NCBI RefSeq assembly: GCF_006345805.1
Contig: NC_042997.1
Coordinates: forward strand, 123,070,001-123,134,000
Length of the DNA stretch: 64,000 nucleotides
Direction of reading: 5' to 3'
DNA from: Octopus sinensis
Lineage: Eukaryota
The notes under the pieces were generated by a model. That model saw only the letters and a list, made by a program, of their open reading frames with translations. It was not told where the DNA came from and did not search any database. The translations under genes and the position numbers were made by a program. Shown piece by piece: positions 26,871 to 40,948 of this stretch. Position 1 is the stretch's first letter. Every line of letters starts with the position of its first letter.

Positions 26871-29268
26871 ACGTATGTATATATAAGTGCATATACGTAT
26901 TTGCTTGTATATGCAAATATGTATATGTATGTTTGTGTGTGTGTGTTGTGTGTGGATATCTGTAATCTGTATATTTGTATGCATCTATACATACATAAAC
27001 ACACATACGCACACACCACACATACACACACATTCACATAATAATATAACGCTGCGGCTAATATGGTAAAAGAGAATAATAAAGAAAGACCTCTTCATTG
27101 AAATGACAAATTGTCCTTTTGAGCTTCATGAATACGGTTGAAAGTATTATGTCCAACAAAATACGTTGCATTGCTACGTGAGTAATTTTCTTGCTTGCAT
27201 AGAATATGAGAGAGCAACCAGTTAAAATAACGAAGTGAAGCGAATGATTCTGTCTTTGTTCGATGTGAGGGTTATCAATAATGTATATTTATATTCCGAT
27301 CAAACAACATTTTTCAATTAGAACTTTTCGCATTTCTTGATTTATCGTGAGAGCATTAATCGAAAATTAACAGTTTCACTTCTGATATAAAGAAGAAACT
27401 TCGTATCAAAAGAACAAGGATGATGAAACCTGAAGACTTGAACTGATCACATTAACCTTTATAAAGCCCAATGAGGAGATAAAAAGTATCAAAGTTTTAA
27501 ACTTTTTCCGCGGTTATAATTTTTTTTCACTGATTATTTAACCTGTCTGACCTATGCTGCAAGTACATTTGTCAAACAAACACAGGTATTATACATTGCA
27601 TGAAAGTAAAAACTAAACTGAAATAAACATGAAAAAACCGGATTGAATAGGAAAATGGTTGACTGGTTGCTGGGTATGGCTCAAAGTTATGTATTTAAGT
27701 GCTCTCTCACATTGCATTTCGGATTTCCATTAGTCTAAAATAAAAGGGATTAACACATACAGGACTACATACACTACTACCGAATTTATGAATGGGCACC
27801 AGAACAGATTCATAAATGCTTTCTCTTTGATGTTAACTAATATGAAGTAAAATATAGATAAGAATGATAACAGAACACAAGTAACTATGATTGCAAGTCG
27901 TAACTCAGGTAATATATATAAGAAAAGATTTCGATTCTTAAATTCGTGATTCTTCTTTAGTCTCATTATATCTCTATATAGTTTTGTGCGTATAAATGAT
28001 CTCCTTATAGTTTGTTTCTAATAGTAATCACATCATGTATGTCATACTCCTTTATAGTCCTTAAAATATCCTTGCTTGTGTAGGATGAGTTACGTGAGTG
28101 ATCTTCCTCGTTTAGTTTAAGATGTACCATGCTTTTGTATTTTAGATTACATAACACAAAGGAGAAGCCCAGTATGATGAGGCAGCCTGCAGTAATATCA
28201 CTGCACCCACAAAACTTGGTGAAGAAATTCGGTAAATATTGAATTCGGTTTCTGGAACTTCAGTGCTCCATTTGGGTATTTGGAACTTTAATGCTGCATT
28301 TCAGCTTAATTCATGTCAAAATGCATATTTGGAAATTATTGATAAAATTATAATTATTTGATACATGTGTGTGTTCTATACAAAAGACAGGCTTGTAAAA
28401 GTTCTGTGTTCCTCTTTAAAATAATATTGCAATAGTCAGTGTTTCTACCTGAGTACTAAACTCATAAAGTATAGCAGATGATTATTTTAATTAATGTAAG
28501 CATTTTTTACAATAGTAATCGATTCTGTGGTGAAATCCGCGTTAGAGTATTAGAATAAGGTAGTGCACCTTATGTTTCTGTACTCAAGAATGGTGTACAA
28601 CTAAGGATTTCGGTAAATTTCAAGGAAATGTCTAGACAACTTACTTCTTAATGAAGTTTAAGCTATAAAATGAATGAACTCGTTTTAGATTTTTAAAAAA
28701 ATTCGAATCAAGAAATGAATTTAAAATTTATTGCTCTCATAATAATTAACGGGTACTGTTGGATATAAACTTGGTATCATGAGGATGAGAAGAAAGAAGG
28801 CATGCAGCTGAGAAGACATTAGGATAAATATTATAAGAGCAAGAAAAACACTAACTCGAAGCATGAGCTGTTTAAATCAGTCATAAAGAAGCTGGAATTT
28901 GGTCCACGCTTGGAAATTTTCTTTTATAATTTATGGCGATTAACATTAAGCAAATAATTAAATGTGCTGCGGAGGCTAGTAGCATTATTGGAATAAGCGT
29001 TAAAAGGAACCGTAATCACCGAGATGATGAATAACTATGTGCCTATAATAGAATCCCACGGGCTGGAGATATAATCCTTAAATTGAAACTGATTAACAAT
29101 CTGTAAAGTCAAAGTGAAAAAAATCTCTACTCATGTGGAGAATTAGACTATATATAGATTATATATGAGGAGTATAAGAATATGAAGAAGTAATACGTCA
29201 TAATATAAATGGTAAGAATAGAAAGTATAATGCGAACAAACAAACAAAAAAGACTGAAAAATACCAAC

Positions 29269-29269
<1 letters not shown>

Positions 29270-29330
<61 letters not shown>

Positions 29331-29339
29331 TACTATTAC

Positions 29340-29379
<40 letters not shown>

Positions 29380-29400
29380 GTTGTTGTTGTTGTTGTTGTT
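29270..29400. repeat. (TAT)n/(TGT)n microsatellite
   Basis: Tandem triplets, giving the poly-Y/I/V artefact ORF. Confidence 0.95.
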
Positions 29401-31399
29401 TGTATTTGTATTAGTGGCGGTGTTTTGTTGTTATTGATTATACTCTGCTGTTGATGATGCTCTAGTTGATAATTTTCTTATTTCTATTTTAGATAAAGTG
29501 GCAATATAAGCTATACTAATGCTATTATAACTTTAATTTGCAGAATCTAAATATTAATGCGTTGTTATTTTCGTTTTTTCCTGCGCCGGTGGTCAAATAC
29601 ATTTCGTCTAAAATTCTATATTCTCTGCACTTATCAAGGAGCCATGGGTGGTCACTCAATGAAAAGATTTACTTAATGTTTTCTAGGCGCTGATCAATCA
29701 CATAGCAACGATATTTATGTTCGTGAGTTCATATAGGCAAACAAATAGTCATCTCATAAAATGTAAATTGATGGCTTACAATAGAAATATACTACTACTC
29801 CGGCATTTAATAGTTTTCTTTTATCCGAATTGTAAATTACTTGTTTCAAGCAGTTTCACAGCCATTATAAGAATATTTCCTATTTGTGAAATTTAATGTA
29901 ACGTTTAAAAATGTCCGAGTGAACGGCAAGAAATGACAAGAGCATTTTAAATGTAGATTTAGTTACTTTGTTTATTTTTTGTATTCTTTAAAATACGGCG
30001 AAACTTTTAATATCTTATTGGGATTTTTGACTAAAATACATTATACTTGAATGATTTCTTTTCGCCCTTCTGTTTAAATGTGACAGTAATGTGTATATTA
30101 TTATTAAAAAAACAGGTCAAAATAATTTCGTAGAGTGGGATGGAAAGAATACTTTCGATTCAAATCGACAACCAAAATATTTCATTAATATTATCTTCTA
30201 TTTTTCTATGTTGATTTTAATTAAAAATAATCATGAATCGTATATTTTCATGTTGTCATTGTAAATTAAATTACATATGTCTTCACAAGTTTATATTAGA
30301 TTACAACAATATAATTAGCTGATACTGAGAGGACATACAGAGGAGTTATAGATATAGGACAAGATACGTAACTGTTCCCAAGTAATTTGACTCCAGAGGC
30401 AACGAAAAAATAATCAGTTTACCAAGAAAACAAATGGTGAGCTTGCATAATGTCGGGGGTTAACATACTTCTGATTGTTAACCAAAAAGCAGATATAAAC
30501 TGTCATAATGTCATCTGCTGATGATGCTGATATTCATTCACGGGCAAGCTTTGAAGGTGAGGAGATGATTTTATAATTTCACTCTTGGTATTCTACTATT
30601 ATTTATTGTTGTGTTGACGTAATACGCATGTTTGTTTAGCTTGCAGGTGAAAATCCTGCCAGGTATTTAGTATTAGACATTCTAATATTAACACTTTGAT
30701 ATTCAACGCTTTCAGCCTGAAAAAAAAGAAAACTATATTTTCGTCTTATCTGTTCGTAACAGTCAACCTAACAAGAATTTGATAACACATGTATCAAAGT
30801 AACGTTTCAGGACGATGCATTCCTACCTTTATTTCCTTCATGAATGATAAAATGTAACGAATAAGAAACAAAAGTAATTCTGGTGGTGAATTGTCTTTTC
30901 CGAATTTTAACTCATGAATGTTGATATAACAGAGACCGGCAGTAAATAGTCTGAACAAGACTCACGGTAGATTCAACTTTACAGTGGAAGGTGGGTGCAA
31001 CAGATGGCTCCCACTTCATACTATAAAAGCTATTCCTGTTGTATTATCAACGGAATTTTGAAGGAATCCAGGTCTGATGAAGATAATGCGATTTCCTATA
31101 AGAAATCTATTTCAACATGGATACAGCTTTCTTGAGAAACTATCCAACATCGTAAATCTGAATGTTTGTTTTAGAGAATTCGATGGTTTACTTATCAGTA
31201 TGCCGGGATGAAGTTGGTGAAATAAAGGAGATATTCTTTATATGAATATGGAATGTTATTTCGTCTCTAATTAAAATGCATCATGTGAGTTTAATAAATT
31301 TTCTCAAGAGCATAAAAATAATGCATGCATGGTCTGCAATAAGCAGGTTACACGTTTGTCACATTTGTGTGTGCGTTGTTAAGAAAGACATTGCTGCGT

Positions 31400-32060
31400 A
31401 GTTAGGAAACTCTCTCGTCATCCATGTTCTTTCAGGTTCTGTCCTCCGGCCAACCAACATAATGTGAGAAAATTTGATAATGAGAAGATGTGTGGAACCT
31501 TACATACATCCCGTAATCTAGAGGATAACAACAGCATTGCAGGAATAGTCTCTTCTGGATTTGTGATAGGTACATTATATCCCACCTGATAAACAAGTGT
31601 GGCAAATTTAGAAAAAACCTCCACCAAACGAGTGTGGAAGATATAACCTATATCATCATCAGCGGCCTACGAGTGACTACCTACCTATGATGCATGATAT
31701 TGTTGCGAAGAGTATCTACGACGTTATTGCGGGAGGGGTTGTCCTGACACATGCATGAAGATCGTATCAGAACCAGTATGTATTAAAAACAAGGAATGCT
31801 GATGTAACGCTCCAATGAAAACAGTGAATCGCTGCAAAAATTACAGACCTGATATTGTCCTGGAGAACATGGAAAAAAAGTTAGGTACTGTTGTAGAGGT
31901 GAGCTGTACAGGGGAGGTGAATGCGTCATCAAAAATCCAGGAAAAAGACAACATTTATATTGAATTAATGCAGAGTACTTGTATCGTGATAATAAATCCC
32001 CGTTTATAACTGTCCATTACAGATGCATTAGTTCTATGTACCGAGCAATTTACACAAATA
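31400..32060 (+). pseudogene. Decayed R4/NeSL-like non-LTR retrotransposon C-terminus (REL endonuclease)
   Basis: VEDIT.II..., HDIVAKSIY, YRPDIVL...VVEVSC...N...KIQEK..Y match the RHD / PD-(D/E)xK layout. Confidence 0.75.
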
Positions 32061-32066
32061 ATGTGA

Positions 32067-32101
32067 AAGAACCCCGTCGTATATATGTATATGTATGTAT
32101 G

Positions 32102-32153
<52 letters not shown>

Positions 32154-32361
32154 TATGTTTGTGTGTCTGTGTTTGACCCTCCAACATCGCTTGACAAGCG
32201 ATGCTGGTGTGTTTATGTCTCCGTAACGTAGCAGTTCGGCAAACGAGAACGATAGAATAAGTACTAGGCTTACAAAGAATAAGTTCTGGGGTCGATGTGC
32301 TCGGCTAAAGGCGGTGCTCCAGCATGGCCGCAGTCAAATGACTGAAACAAGTAAAACAGTA
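32067..32361 (+). mobile_element. SINE family A, 3' half
   Basis: catcgcttgacaagcgatgctggtgtg...gcggtgctccagcatggccgcagtcaaatgactgaaacaagtaaaa. Confidence 0.88.
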
Positions 32362-32680
32362 TCTAAATAATATGAAAAATTAAAAAAATACTAAATTACA
32401 AAAACATGGAGAACGAATGTCTGGTGGTGGGGGATACAACGAAATAAAGAAATATAAAATAGAGACAGACAACATAAAGACCCTTCCTCAATTGTGCACT
32501 ATTTCATCTACTCCGCATTTCGAGCGTAAACGCAAGATGCGTCTTCGTCAAAACAGTCGCTCCGACAAATTAAATTAAATAAGATTTGGGATTTGTGGAG
32601 GGTCAAGTTTGTTGACGTCCAGTACCCATATATGCATGTGTATATACATATATATGTAAGTATGCACATGCATGGATATA

Positions 32681-32749
<69 letters not shown>

Positions 32750-32790
32750 TAAGTTCATTGTTTAAACCTCGCCAAGATAAATATTTAAAC

Positions 32791-32854
32791 CACCTGATGA
32801 ATGACTGTAACTCGAAAATTTAAAGAAATTAACAGCCATGAAACGATCGTAGTG
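32791..32854 (+). ncRNA. Minimal hammerhead ribozyme motif in a PLE fragment (~32745-33070)
   Basis: CAC CUGAUGA AUGACUGU...ACAGCCAU GAAA CGAUCG UA GUG; palindrome ACGAUCGU. Confidence 0.78.
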
Positions 32855-33067
32855 ATATATTAATTATATTTTTGTAATAATTTTGTTATATATCTAAATA
32901 ATATAAATTAAATAATCTTATGTATTGGCTTACGTTTTTCATTGTATGATTTGCCTAATAGTGGTTTTGTCTCTAATTTAATATAATATATAATATTTTA
33001 CTATAAAATTGGATTCAATCCTAAATCTGATTTTTTCCCTGTAAGTTTGGATTTATTCCCTAATATT

Positions 33068-33147
<80 letters not shown>

Positions 33148-33172
33148 AACACAGATTGAACAGAAATCGTTT

Positions 33173-33266
33173 TATTTCATTCTACACGTGTTTCGAAAGG
33201 CACAAATTACCAAAATCCGATTGAATAATGGGACCATATTGTGTCTTTCTCTTCAGGAAGAAAATA
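33173..33266 (-). ncRNA. Hammerhead ribozyme motif, intact core
   Basis: UAUUUUCUUC CUGAAGA GAAAGACACAA...UUGUGCCUUUC GAAA CACGUG UA GAAUGAAAUA; palindrome ACACGUGU. Confidence 0.82.
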
Positions 33267-33394
33267 GGAAATCCGTTGGAAAAACAAAAACAGAACAGGC
33301 GGAGCAAAAACAAATCGTCATGGGCTCTTAGGAGCATAGTTCGATTTGTTTTTGCTCCGCCTCTGTTCTGTTTTTGTTTTTCCAACGGATTTCC

Positions 33395-33488
33395 TATTTT
33401 ATTCCTGAAGAGAAAGACACAATATGGTCCCATTATTCAATCGGATTTTGGTAATTTGTGCCTTTCCAAACACGTGTAGAATAAAATA
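33395..33488 (+). ncRNA. Hammerhead ribozyme motif with GAAA>CAAA mutation
   Basis: UAUUUUAUUC CUGAAGA GAAAG...CUUUC CAAA CACGUG UA GAAUAAAAUA; perfect 10-bp stem I. Confidence 0.7.
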
Positions 33489-33696
33489 AAACGATTTCTG
33501 TTCAATCTGCGTTCAGCTCCATTTCTTCAATTCACCAATAATGTTTTAATTTCAATTATCCGCACCAACGCACGGTTGCAACACCATATGGTTGTACCTC
33601 CAACCGTGCTGTTTACTGCTGTGATTTTTGCTACTAAGGTATCGGTTAAACTTTTGATTAATCTACTACAAGATTATTCATCTTTCTATTTCACAT

Positions 33697-33745
<49 letters not shown>

Positions 33746-34474
33746 ATTCATATTTTTATATGATCGAATGCCACGCATCCATTTCCAAGTACGTTTTATC
33801 TTAATAATTTTCTGTCGCTATCTCTGATCCTTGTTCTTCTTCTTTCTATATTCTTTTTCCTCTCACACCATTTCTCTAATTCTTCTCCTCCCTTTCGCCC
33901 TTCTCTATCTATCCCTCTCTCTCCCTCACGCTTCCTTCTTGACTCTCGTTGCCATATTTCTTCTACTAGCTTGAATTTCTTTCTCTCTTCTTGTTCAGCT
34001 ACATGGGATAGCACACGTATTTGTCTCTCTTCTGTGGAAGTGTGTTATCCAGCGTTCACCACTTCACCTAGTTATAGCTTATCAGCCCTTACCGTTTGTT
34101 TTAACTGTCTTGTTATAGTTACCAGCTTTAACCTTCTGAAAAACCCAAATTTTAGTTGATTTGCTTTGCGGGACAGACTGTTTTGATGAAGACGTATCTT
34201 GTAAAAACCCTCGAAATGCGGAGTAGATAAAACAGTGGACAACTGACGACGGGATTGTTCTTTATGTCTCCTGGCTCGTTTTTCTATTTGTTTCTTTCAT
34301 TGTTCAAAGAACTTCGTTTTCCATGTTTTTGTAATTCATGTTCTCGTTTGTCATATTATTTACGTTTTTTGACGTCCTATTCCCATATATGCATGTGTAT
34401 ATACATGTATATGTAAGTATGTACATGTATGCATTTATATATGCATATGTATGTATATATATATATATATATAT

Positions 34475-34704
34475 ATTTCTTTACTACCCACAAGGGGCTA
34501 AACACAGAGGGGATAAACAAGGACAGACAAACGGATTAAGTCGATTACATCGACCCCAGTGCGTAACTGGTACTTAATTTATTGACCCCGAAAGGATGAA
34601 AGGCAAAGTCGACCTCGGCGGAATTTGAACTCAGAACGTAACGGCAGACGAAATACGGCTACTCATTTCGCCCGGCGTGCTAACGATTCTGCCAGCTCGC
34701 CGCC
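34475..34704 (-). mobile_element. SINE family B, full length
   Basis: rc ggcggcgagctggcagaatcgttagcacgccgggcgaaatg...gagttcaaattccgccgaggtcgactttgcctttcatcctttcggggtc...gtagtaaagaaat. Confidence 0.92.
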
Positions 34705-34773
34705 TTATGTATATATATATATACGATTTATATCATTATATGATCAAACGCCACGCATGCATTTCCAAGTAAG

Positions 34774-34809
<36 letters not shown>

Positions 34810-36266
34810 AGATACGTACATGTATATAGAAAGAGAGAGAAAGAGAGAGAGAGCGGCTAAGGAAGACTGAGACTGTATCTTCCAGATTCCTCATACCAAT
34901 CATATAACATTACAAATGGTGGATATTATCGACCAATGTTACTTCAACTGAGGTGTGAAAGCCAGAATGCGTCAGAAACATGCAGTTAAGATTCTATGTC
35001 ACAATGTTTAAATAGTTCACTTTACAGCATTACTGCAGTTGACCATATGCTTAATGTTATATTTGTGGTAACGTTTGTTTAGGTGCTTATGCAATTATAT
35101 AACATTTACAAATGTACAGATATTATCTTTGTATGAGAATATGTCTGAAAGTGTGAATATGCATAATATGAGATTACATAATTTTTGTTTAAACTAAAGA
35201 TGTATATTTTTCAAATATTCATAAATAGATACATCGATTTCTAAGTACTGCATTACTGTTCCGTGCTTATATAACTCAACATTATATAGGGTGAAATATT
35301 TTCCATCATTTAATGTTTATTTATGTATGAAACATTCTTCATAATTGGAAAAAGCTTTAAAGAATATTTTGTATAATGCATTAGTACAACCAGCTTTCTC
35401 GACGTGTCCAACAAATTACGAAACGTTTTTTAGATGTTTATTCTTTGAGAGACTGTTTTAAGCTAGATACATTTATATCTGCGTGAAAAAAATATTGATT
35501 AATTTTATTCAACTACACTCGCAGACCAATAACTTCAAAGATGTATTCTATTCCTGGTTCCATTGTTTTGACGATATTATAGAGTCTAGACAATTATTGG
35601 TTTTGTTTCCTTGTTGTCATCCTTAGGGACGGAGATGAAAAAAAAATGAGTTGTCCTCAATCACTACGAAATTTTATTATGCTTTGCAAAAATATAGCTG
35701 ATTCATGTTACACTTACTGATCACTGATTTTAAAATTATTAAATTTCTCATATATTAGTGACAAATGTGAAAATTAACAAATTTCACTGATTAAATTTAA
35801 ATAATTTGTTGTTGTTTTGATCGACAGTTTTCAGCCGTGATCGAGATGTATAAGCAAAGACCTTCCAACCGTGATCATATCATCACTTTTGTATATTCTT
35901 ATTTTACTGTCCAGATTTTCCTTTCCAATATGGAAGGGTAAGACTATCGTTTAAAAGACTGTTGCTGGTTGTTCGCATACATTTTAGTGTATTTCATGTA
36001 CAGGTATTTGCGTCACGTTATATATTTCAATATCATTTAGATTCCTTCATATTTTCATGAGATAACGTTCCCATGTTTATTTTATTACTGATCATTTTAA
36101 TGAAATAGACAATGAATTATTCATATATTTAAAATGGGTATTTGAAGGCAAACATGAATATTTTATGCCAGAACCAGAACAAGGCTTGTAATATAATTTG
36201 AATTTTTATCAATAGTCTATATACATACATAGACATAGACATACATAAATACACACATGTATACAT

Positions 36267-36406
<140 letters not shown>

Positions 36407-36483
36407 TATATTTATATATATATATGTGTGTGTGTGTGTATAGATAGATAGATAAATGTGTATTATATACATATATAGATGTG

Positions 36484-36516
<33 letters not shown>

Positions 36517-37486
36517 TTATAGATATATATATATATATATATAGATATGCGTTATATACATACACGCACATATATATATATATATACGCGAGTGCGCAAT
36601 AGTAATTTCACGCTAAATGTTTGAGTAACAAATGTCAAAAGACAGGTTTTAAGTATTTTCAAAGTCTGTGAGAAAGTTGCTCTTAACTTCTGTGTCATTT
36701 TGAATTCACAATATTTGACATTGGCATTATGAACTTTTGACATACTAGAATTATATTGGTAAATAAATTAGCAATTCATGAACAAATTTACTACGATTAT
36801 TAAAATGTTATGAAATTTATGAATATAATTAGATGATTACACGGTGAAATGCAACGCAAAATCTAGTAAGCTGTAGTAGGAAGATAATATTTGCTTCAAT
36901 CAGCAATTGTAATTATATTCTGAAATTTTCACAGATAAAAATTCATGTTGAAACTGTATGTACCCATTAATTTCCCATACTAGAACACACACAGAATAAT
37001 ATTATCGGCAAATGTGTAGGTATATAAAACGATACTATTTTACTATATTGCTTGGATAAATGTCCTAGGACCATGATATTCAGTGAATCTCCAACACCGG
37101 TTAACGTGATACACTTAATGTTTCTTTTGCTAAAATGAAAATCGATTGCCCCAGGAATCCATGAACAGGAACCTAATTCCATATACATGATGTAATTAGA
37201 TCGGGGCTAGGGTGTGACCCCAAAAAGTGTGACGACATATATAGAGACTAGAGTTAAGTGTCTGAGTGGAAATGTGTTAAGACCAGCATACTGCAACGAG
37301 CAAAAACTAATGAATTACTGGGAGAAATGTAGGAGGGTTCATACGAAGGTGGCAAGCAAACTTTTATCGGTAAGCAATTGATGATGTGCTTGTAGCTGCG
37401 TGATGGTTGCGGTGTGATACTCTTTGGTGCCAAACAAGAAATACGATTCACTACTAGACTTATATGTATACACACACATATATATG

Positions 37487-37528
<42 letters not shown>

Positions 37529-37539
37529 TATATGTATAT

Positions 37540-37588
<49 letters not shown>

Positions 37589-37684
37589 ACTACAGGCATT
37601 TCGATCATACAAACATACATGCATGAAGTCATACAGAGAATTACACACAAGCACACCCAAGTGCGGTTCTCAGCACACATACCG

Positions 37685-37726
<42 letters not shown>

Positions 37727-37945
37727 TATATATAAATTTGGACTGCCTGAATCAAAACTGTCAAAGCTTGAAACAAGCGCAGACATGTTTGAATCTTTTT
37801 TTAATCAATATTTAGCTATATATGTTCTGTATTTTAAGAAGTCTGCAATAATGTGATCAGATCTGTCTTCAATTTTGTTACAATTTATATACCTATCATT
37901 CTGTATGCATGTATGTATGTATGTATGTATATATATGTACATATT

Positions 37946-38007
<62 letters not shown>

Positions 38008-38120
38008 TTGTAAAAAATGAAGTTCGAAAATGGTGCTATATTAGACAAATTTTTAATTTTTATATATACATTATTTATTTAACATGTTTCGGTTCTTGAA
38101 ATGATATATATATATATATA

Positions 38121-38313
38121 GTTAATCCAAACAAGAAAACACAACAACGCGAGGACGTGGAACAAATATTGTATTATTGGACGCTCAGGAAGGAAGGGAA
38201 GAAGGAGGGTTTTACGTTTCGAGCGGAGCTCTTCGTCAGAAACATAGGAAAAGGAAAGATCCAGAGAAAGGAAGACGGAGGAAAAAAATCGCCAACGGTA
38301 CACACGCGGTCAC
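38121..38313 (-). mobile_element. Short PLE terminal-repeat element in (TA)n with HHR (38209-38243)
   Basis: GUUU CUGACGA A GAGC UCC GCUC GAAA CG UA AAAC; close homologue at 63390-63602. Confidence 0.85.
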
Positions 38314-38322
38314 ATATATATA

Positions 38323-38391
<69 letters not shown>

Positions 38392-39824
38392 GTGTGTGTG
38401 TGTGTGTGTGCTTGTATGGCTCTGTGTATGTGTATTCCTGTATGTATGTATAAGTACACTATGTGTGAGAAGTAACCGTGTACATTTGGTAAGTAGACTT
38501 GATGGCAGATCATTAAGAGTGGCTTTATAGACACATATAATACCATAATGACCACACTAACACATTGCAATTATTTATTGTTGATCCACTTATCCTTCCC
38601 CCGTATTTCTTTTGTGTTTGTATGGAAGTATGTATGCATATGTCTGAAAAAAATACACATTTTTCGCTCCAGCTCGAAACATATAGAGTGACAATCAATC
38701 ACTGATATTTCAAGAACCCAATGTTGTATCGCCCACGGCGACACTGGAGAGAATAGAGATTCAATGCTTTAAGGCGTTCCTAATAATCGAGTTCAGTCAT
38801 GCTCTTAATTATTTTAGTGAATGTCCTCTGGGGTGACTCAAATTTTGAAATGTTTTGCTACAAAATGTATTGCAGAGAAAATGTTCGTTTGGAGGAATGT
38901 ATGATCTTGTTTCAAGAACTCAAGCAAGGATAAAACATAAATGTATTGAAATGAGAAGAAGCTTGTATGTGTAACTGAATAGTGTTTTTGAAACTGAATT
39001 TATTTGTGGATACAGCGTTTGACACGACTTCAAGCTTACCGTTGATTCGATTGAAGTTCCTTGCTCAATTCCTCTCTACAGTAAGATAATATTAATGTTT
39101 TAATGTCAAACGTAAGGAGACTGGAAGTATAATTCTATATATCATGCGAGAAAACGATGCGATGATCTAAAGTATGGCAAGTTAATCATTAAGATCAAGG
39201 TAGGCAGCTAGGACATTCATTGAATTGATTTGAGCATTGCATCTGTATCACGTTTATAGAAGCATAAATTGTCGCAATGGTCATATATGAAAAGAAACAT
39301 AATATATGAGTGTTGTGTTTCGCATATAATGCAACGGAAGTACCTTACTTATTGCAACTAGAAAGAATCTGTCAATGTACAGAATGTGTTAAATGAACCT
39401 TTATATGTTTATACAAGGAACAGAACAAATAGAAAGCAACCGACTACAAAGCATGGTTTGCGATATACGTACTGAAAATAAACTGAATAGATTTTGAGAG
39501 GAATTCTGCACCTTACTACGAAATCTGCTTTGAATTAGAGCCGACAATAGAACCAAAAGGGCAAATATTATAGAATGCAACAGCTAAAGGATAATCGATA
39601 CAAGGGTCATAGAACTATGAAATACCGAAGCATTAGTCATTGAGGTGATACAATTCCATAAGGTGTTGTAGACGAAGGTTCACTACTGCCTTTCTTCCTT
39701 GCATTCCTTTTCCTTCCTTTAAACAAAATTGGTGGTATGTATACATACATACTCGTAGAAACAAACAGGCACAACTGCACGCACGAACACACACATATGT
39801 ATATACCTACGTCCTATGTATCTA

Positions 39825-39902
<78 letters not shown>

Positions 39903-39914
39903 AATATGTATATA

Positions 39915-40019
<105 letters not shown>

Positions 40020-40916
40020 GTATATATATGTATGTAAATATATATATATATGTATATATACATATGTATATATATACATATATATATATGCAAGAAATAT
40101 GTATAATGGATATATATGTATATAAACATGCATACATATGTATATGTGTTTATATATACGTGTATGTGTGTGGGCGAGAGTGAGTTTGTGTGTGCGTCTG
40201 TGCGTGCGTGCGCGTGCGTTTCTACGAGCTCAAATGCGTGTGTATACAACGTACACTGGCACGTTTGTTTGAGATTATCCGAGATCTCTTTTGAACACGA
40301 CAATAAACGTAGAGTTATTTATGACAACTCTGACTGGAGACACAATATTTTATCTATTGACACGATACGGAAATGCACTTCAAGATTAGGTTTCATGCAG
40401 GGTGATATGGAAAATCTGTGTTAGATTAAATAAACTGGTGGCATGAATGCATATATCACTCTTTAACGGAGTGACCCAAAGCAAGCACAAATATACGCAC
40501 ATACACAAACAAAAATACAAATAAACACACAGAAACTCACAAACATGCATATGTAAACCAAGTACATATAAATTGTCACACATACACACACGCGTGCTAT
40601 ATCTGTGTTGTGTATATGTGTGCGTGTATGCATGTGTGTATATCAATAGATAGAGTGATAGCACTCACCTAAATGAATAGAAATGCATATATGTATATCT
40701 ACATGTATGTATGTATGCATATACATACATATGCATGTAAGTATGCATATATATATACATGGTTTTTGTCTACTCCCTATGCACAGTCTGACCACCCTCT
40801 ATCCATCTATCCTTCCATCCATCCATCCATACATACATACTTACATACATACATACATACCTACCTACCTACCTACACACATACATACATACATACACAC
40901 ATACATACATACATAC

Positions 40917-40948
<32 letters not shown>

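Larger units (their letters stand above)
33148..33697. mobile_element. PLE-type inverted terminal repeat: ~170-bp arms (33148-33317 / 33342-33513) plus tail, in (TA)n
   Basis: Arms are near-perfect reverse complements (mirrored ORFs 33182-33433 and 33228-33479); each arm has an HHR motif. Confidence 0.9.
32390..34772. mobile_element. Composite PLE-like locus with inverted and direct terminal segments plus nested insertions
   Basis: ~32400-32570 is an inverted copy of ~34170-34330; ttgacgtcc...cccatatatgcatgtgtatatacat (32612, 34369) and tatatgatc.aa.gccacgcat.catttccaagta (33757, 34737) are direct repeats. Confidence 0.65.

Noticed and set aside
28146-28231. AG...GT-bounded open stretch on the plus strand
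   Set aside because: Weak donor and no recognisable homology
30900-31150. LNKTHGRFNFTVEG..LP, resembling a PLE RT C-terminal motif
   Set aside because: Too short and degenerate to call
33182-33479. Two near-identical 83-aa ORFs on opposite strands
   Set aside because: Consequence of the inverted repeat; no recognisable protein motif
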